A stretch of 64,000 nt of DNA from Ophelia neglecta (lineage: Eukaryota): contig OZ260661.1 of NCBI GenBank assembly GCA_965285935.1, positions 112,034,001 to 112,098,000 of the forward strand, written 5' to 3'. Shown piece after piece: positions 58,264 to 64,000 of the stretch. Position 1 is the stretch's first letter. Each line of letters begins with the position of its first letter. Below the pieces are notes generated by a model, which worked only from the letters and a program-made list of their open reading frames with translations, was not told the origin of the DNA and made no database searches. The position numbers and the translations under genes were made by a program.

Positions 58264-58682
58264 CCCGGGGGGGGGGGGGGGGTACTTAAATAGGAACGTA
58301 TACGGGGCTGTGCGGCTCGGGGTCCAAAAAAGGGGGGTCAAAATATAGCGGACCGCTGAAAATGGGGGGTCAAAATATAGCGGACCGCTGAAAATAGGGG
58401 GTCAAAATATAGCGAACCGCTGAAAATAGGGGGGCAAAATATAGCAGACCCTGAAAACAAGGGGTTGTAATATAGCGAAAACTAAATATAGGGGTTTAAA
58501 TAAAGCAGACCGTGTAAGGAGGGTTGAAATACGGACTTCAAGTATCAAAAAAGGGGGTCAAAGTACGGATCTCAAGGCCAAAATGGGGGGTTGACATACG
58601 GACAAGAAGTCTCAAAAAGGGGGGTCACTCAGCGGCACACCCCCGTACACCTAAACACAGGGAGTACCCCACCCCCCCCGGG
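58264..58682. mobile_element. MITE with CCCGGG(G)nTACT terminal inverted repeats, 8-bp TSD and internal 32-bp tandem array
   Basis: AGAGGAGA at 58256-58263 and 58683-58690; ends CCCGGGG...GTACT and AGTACCCCACCCCCCCCGGG; imperfect inner inverted repeat; GGGGGTCAAAATATAGCGGACCGCTGAAAAT repeated at period 32. Confidence 0.85.
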
Positions 58683-60425
58683 AGAGGAGAGGGACACAGG
58701 GGATCCGCCGGGAAGGGGAGAGCAGTGAGGGCAACATTTGGCAAAGCAGGCGAGCATCATTAGGGCCAGTGTAATTTTTTTCCACATTTTTTACGTCAAA
58801 TTATGGGCAGTAAAAGAACACACTTTCGTCAGTAGGGTTGCTGCTTATCTAAATCTGACTTTCATCTACATGGAGCTTCCCAAAGTTAGGGCGACGGACC
58901 CCAAATGTGATCCTCTAGGCGATGCATGCCCATTTAATAGGCCTAAATTATATTGCATACCAGTCAACCAGTAGGACTACATCATAACGACAAGTGCACC
59001 ATCTCCCTCCCCCTCACGCCCCCCCCCCCTTATCCATTAATATTTATCCGATCCGCGGGCGGGGGGAGGGGGAGGGGGGCAAACGGTTGGTGAGAGGTGG
59101 AATATTTTACCGGCCCACTCCATAATGCCCCGGCTAAAGGCTAAAATATAAAGATGAGGTGTAGGGTCATGATTTTTTCAACTGTTGGCAAAGTCTCGCG
59201 GTGTCGGGATTCAAAATATTGGGCTATAAATTCGTGGTCTTAGTGTGTATCACGCGAATTTAATGTCAATGCTTAATATTCTGATGCTGATTAGGCCTAG
59301 ATCTACATCGCGAAACACAAATAATTAATATATTTTATGCCGCATTAAGATTCAAGTAGACCCCCTGTTTCAGGCAACTCAAATCATTGAAAGAAATGCC
59401 ACGAATTGCAATCTTCGGTAATATACCTGCAGGAAAACGAAACGAGATGTGGGCTTGATGAACTTAGATCTAGGCCTATGTCTTTTTTGTGATTCTGAGA
59501 CAGATTATGAGAAGGCTTATAGTCTAGGTCTATGGAATAAAAAAAAGACTAAACAATATTGATAGTTTTTCATATTTTAATTAAATTTCACAAATCTGCT
59601 GAAGTTATCTTCCACCATTACTTTTTTCTTAAGAATCCTGGCACCGGAGCAATACCCTGCAAAAAACAATCGGATCAACGAAGCATGAGATTGAGCACAT
59701 TTTTTCCTTGTGATATAGATCTAGTTCTGATTAACAATGACACATATAGGGGAAATGTGGGTAATTCCGGCCACATTTGTCATGTGGGCACTTTGTCACG
59801 ATAGGCCTATTGTAGATTAGGCCTACTATTTACAGGCAGCAGCGACATTTTATGTGCAACATATCTAATAAAAACAGATTTTCTGAAAAATGTTAAGGAA
59901 AAAACATTACTCTTGCAATTAATTTTTAAAAAAGCACATTGTCAAAATATGTTGGACGTATGTTATTACGGCCACTATATTGGGCAATTACGGCCACTTC
60001 CATTTTGCTCAGCAAGTATCTAGAGTAGTCTGTATATGTAGTTAGGTTAAATAAAAAAGGGGAAAAAAGTTTTAAATATAACATACAGACATGAACTAAT
60101 TTCTTATGTTTATTTTTTCATGAATAATTTGATGTTGACTCTATGTGCGGGTTAATAATTCGCAAGGCTAAATAAGAGGTGGTTTGGCTCAAAATCCCTG
60201 TTTTTACAACATTGTAGAAATGTTTGATAAATTTATTTCCGAAATTTACTATAAATGCAGGTCTTGGTAGATAAATGGATAGCAGAAACAGGTATCAAGA
60301 ACACTTTATTTTACATATTAACAGTTTATCAACAACTCATTAAGTAATAATGCCTTGTGTAAAACAGGTGTCAACAACATTTTTTAAAAACTATTAACAA
60401 TTATTTATCAAAAATGACGTTGAGC

Positions 60426-60577
60426 TTAAGATCCAGAAGCACAAATTACACAATAGAATTTGCCTCTTTTTGCGTACGAGGTGCATTTTTCATGGGCCCA
60501 AAGCTTACATGTAGGCTATCACATTCAATCCAGTCATCGGTAAGTGGTTCCTCATAAAGCTCATCACAAATTATGCA
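60426..60577 (-). pseudogene. C-terminal PHD finger (C4HC3) of the transposon protein, one frameshift
   Basis: CIICDELYEEPLTDDWIECDS, then in the shifted frame TCKLWAHEKCTSYAKRGKFYCVICASGS*. Confidence 0.8.
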
Positions 60578-60639
60578 ATAGAAATTTTCCTGGGTAAGAA
60601 CATCACACAGTTTGTATTGGGCACACCACCCATCTCTGG

Positions 60640-61242
60640 TTAGTTCCTTTGATAGAACCCTTATATAAGCGCAAAGAGAAGCCAAATCTTTGCTTCGCAT
60701 CAGATTGATGTTCCCTTGTCTGAAGGGAGGCCTTCCAAAGTACGGCCATGTGAATCCAAAATAGCATATGTATTATTGGACTGTGGGATTATCGCTGTTG
60801 TGTACCCTGCAATAGTTAGAATGCACCCATTCGCCTGACTCTTTTGAAAATTAGAATACATAGAACTGATTGCGGTCTCGAGTGTAACGGAAGCGCTAGC
60901 AGCATGGTTTGAGGTGCTGGACAAGATGCCATGGCTTGACTGACCTGCGGCAACAAGAAGGGTGTCGTACACACGGGTGTTTTCCGGCAAGTCATCCAAA
61001 TCTAAATAACCTGACTCGTTCCCGACATTTAGGTATGTCGGTTTTGATGGAGTTGTACAAGGCGTCCCCCTTTACCATCACTTCATCTAGATCAGCAGTT
61101 GTCCACGTTGACACTGGCTTGATGACTTTTAAGCCTATACCGGTGACACATATTGGAAGACATTGCCTCCCGCTAGACGAGGCCGAAAATTGAATAGAGC
61201 CTTGGTGAAAGCTTCCCTGGCCATCTGTTAATGGTAGCTGAG
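60640..61242 (-). pseudogene. Herpesvirus large-tegument-like cysteine protease / deubiquitinase domain (peptidase C76, VTD-type), frameshifted
   Basis: GSFHQG...F...GRQC (Cys codon 61162-61160), W...DLDEVMVKGDALY, GYLDLDDLP, GCILTIAGYTTAI...YAILDSHGR (DSH at 60756-60748); frameshifts near 61030 and 60700. Confidence 0.8.
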
Positions 61243-61541
61243 CTGGAACGAACGAAAACATTGTAGACAATAAGCCCTGAAATTTGCAGAACTTCAACAT
61301 GCTAGAGTAAAGAAAGAATATTGCGTTTTCAGATTATCAGTGAAGTAGTGAAAGATAACCATCGAACTTCAAAGATAAATAAAGTAAATTTATACATTAA
61401 CATTATTAATCATAAACACCCTGTCATCTTCCGGTGACTGGGCTAGATTTGTTTCCTTACAGATCCTGCAATGGTTTTTTTTATCTGATTGCCAAATAAA
61501 ATACCATACTCTTAGATAATATTATATAGCCGCAAGCCTAC

Positions 61542-63301
61542 CATGTGTATGTCTTCTATTTATTTTGGGCTCTTTCTTTTTTTTCTTGGCCTCTTCCTTT
61601 CTCAGTTCTTTTTCTACCTTACGCTTCGCTTTTGCCTTCTCTTTCTCAATTTTTACTTCTTGTTTTGCCATTTTCTCTTTTACGACTTCTTCGCTGGTAA
61701 AGAGACGATGCGACTGTTTGGGTTTTGATTTCTGCTTCGTAGTTTCTATGAATCCGGAAGTACTGGGTAAAGGCTCAGCAAAGAAGCCTTCTGGCAGCAT
61801 GGTATCTAAATCGTCAATCGTCACGTCTCTGTCCAGATCGATGAATTTCGGGCCTGTAGGGCAATCTGACTCATTCTCGTTGGTCAAGTAGTGTGAAGTT
61901 GTTGTTAAGGATGGAACGTCTGGAATGTTCCCTGTCGTCGTTGGTATTCCTACTTTGTCACCAGTAGGGATTTGGAAAGAAGCCATAGTTTCTGCGCTGG
62001 GGGCATACGCGGCTGTGAGCAAAGTCTTTCGCATTACCCAGATACCCAGGTGTTCTTCTCGGACGGAAGTTACATGATGGGCGTCCGTGGTAATACTTGG
62101 TGAGAATACCGATGCTTTTGAAAAGCTAACGGGTTCCAGGGAATTATCCCACTTGATCTAAACCCAGATACAATATTGGTTTCCTTAAAGGCTGTCTGGT
62201 AGGCCTCATGGAACAACTTGGGCCATGTCTTTCTGTTTAATGTATGGGTAACATCCTGTTGCAAGTATATTCGGTACAGATTCTATTGTATGCACCCTTG
62301 AGTGTACCGAAAACTGCTAAATCCAAAGGTTGCAATGCGTGTGTGGTGTGAGGGGGAAGGCAAAAAAATAGTATGTCGTTTTTTAATGCCATCTCGATCA
62401 AACCTAAAGTTTCGTGAGAATGATGGCCGTCCAGAATGATCATTTGCGGACGTTTCGGACCACAATTTTTCAGGAACAGTTGCTGAAACCACATCGTCCC
62501 AAGGACTTCATCGGTCCACGCTTTTTCTGCGCAAGTCCACAAAGCACCTTTTGGGCCGTCTTGGGTTGACCAACTATAAAGCACTTTTGGAGATTTCCCC
62601 CTGACGATGACAAGTGGTGGAAGTGCTTATCCCATACCATTGGCGATGCCTATGATGGTCAGCGATTCTTTTGAGTTTGACACTCTTCCCGGCACAGCTC
62701 GTGCCCCTTTTCGAGCCACTACCTTACTAGGGGAGTGCTCCATTGTAGAACTAATTTCGTCCATGTTCCAGATTTGTTGGGGACTGGCGTTCAACCCTGT
62801 GGAGTCAAGCAGTTCTTTTAGTGCAACAAAGTAGTCTCCGACCACCGTAGGGTTAAGTCCTCGCGCCCTGACGCTTGACAGACCCTCTGGTTTTCGCAGG
62901 GTTATGGATGGATTTCTAGCAAGTAAACCCCTATACCACGCCTCGCCTGCTTTGGTTTGAAATGGTGTCGGTTTTTGAGGCGTGCTAAGACTTCTAGCTA
63001 TACGTCCGACTCTTGTTAGTAGCTGTGATTTGGTAAGAGCCATGCCCTGCTCAGCTGCTGACAGTACTTGGGTCGTTAACATATTTTCTTCATCAGGCGT
63101 GAATACAGGAGGACGCCCGGCTTTTCGCCCATATTTACATTTTCCCGATAATTTGTCCCCGATGGTACTTCGGGGAATGCCAAATCTTTCAGATGCCTCT
63201 CTCTGAGAATAAACCCCAGACCTGACGGCTTCTAAACCGTTTTTAAGCGCCGAGTCATCATATCGAATGTATATATCTTTTTTTCTGTTTTTCTTGGTCA
63301 T
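61542..63301 (-). pseudogene. Transposase pseudogene: HTH_psq + CENP-B-type HTH + DDE_1 (WNMDE...ILDGH...QPLD) + lysine-rich tail
   Basis: Motifs SQREASERFGIPRSTI, WYRGLLARNP, WNMDE, LDGHHSH, LPPHTTHALQPLD, SGFRSSGIIPWNP; in-frame TAA at 62629-62627; frameshifts near 62266 and 62120. Confidence 0.92.
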
Positions 63302-64000
63302 CGTCGCTGAATCTGCAAAAAGGAATCATTGAAAACGAGAAGCTGGTTTTATTTAATTGATCTTTTTTATAAATCTGACTTAAATACAGTATCCCCCCCC
63401 CCTCTATGCCCGAATAGATAGTTTCTTTGACGTTATTGCACTTACTTTAATATGGCATAAAATCAAAACGAACGGGCCTTGTTAAGGTAAAAACCATTTA
63501 ATGCAAAACGGGAACCATTCATTAGCTTTGTGTGTTGTAACTTTTGGAATAGACTTCTTATCAAATGAGAAAGACAGCAGCTTGACTGGAACCCTCCCCC
63601 AATCACCCCCCTACCTGTTACATATGGCGGGCCCCAGTGCAGTAAATAATACATTCTTTTTTACAGAAATATACAATCTCCGTTGAGCAAGCAGTTGTGC
63701 ATTGAATAAGTGTAGAATAATCTAGCAAACAGATTATTTTACTGCTTTATTAATAATTAGACACTTGCTGGATTACAATATCTTTTCTGAAAATTGACCA
63801 TCTAGCTTAGGCCTATGATGCAATTCAGCCTCTGTCTGGTATAAATAATCAAAAATGTTCACTGGATCATTTAATTACATTGAAACCCACCGTAATAATA
63901 AATCACGTCGTGACTGATCGCAAGAGGCCACTGTGTAAGTGTGCCCTTAGAGCAGATGTATGTGGCCGTAATTGCAACATATAGAAAAAAACTGCATATG

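Larger units (their letters stand above)
59747..64000 (-). mobile_element. Decayed pogo-superfamily (Fot-like, DD35D) DNA transposon; right end probably beyond the window
   Basis: Transposase remnants at 63301-61542. Putative left end TATAGGGGAAATGTGGGTAATTCCGGCCAC. The motif ATT(A/C)CGGCCAC occurs at 59764, 59965 and 59987, and inverted at 63962-63972. Confidence 0.75.

Noticed and set aside
58330-58627. 32-bp periodic array resembling a CRISPR array
   Set aside because: Head-to-tail units with no unique spacers, inside a MITE, in eukaryotic DNA with no cas genes.

Overview
Eukaryotic (metazoan, AT-rich, invertebrate-like) genomic DNA with spliceosomal introns; no prokaryotic features. There are three main components. 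(1) A + strand giant gene, about 5.5-50.7 kb, whose exons splice in phase into roughly 10,000 codons of mostly acidic, disordered sequence. It includes a single 19,635-bp frame-symmetric exon (21075-40709) and a 5,959-bp exon. Its C-terminal coiled-coil motifs resemble STARD9/KIF16A as I recall that protein, but no START domain precedes the stop codon, and any motor or FHA exons would lie upstream of the window. Candidate microexons and a candidate internal first exon are present. (2) A complete 5-exon alpha-tubulin gene on the - strand (52119-57898), convergent with the giant gene, with X-box-like promoter motifs and a TIR/TSD-bounded MITE upstream. (3) A decayed pogo-superfamily (DD35D) DNA transposon, about 59.7 kb to the window end, whose coding region continues into a herpesvirus-tegument-like deubiquitinase domain (peptidase C76/VTD) and a PHD finger. 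All exon models come from splice signals and phase compatibility read by eye and need RNA confirmation.
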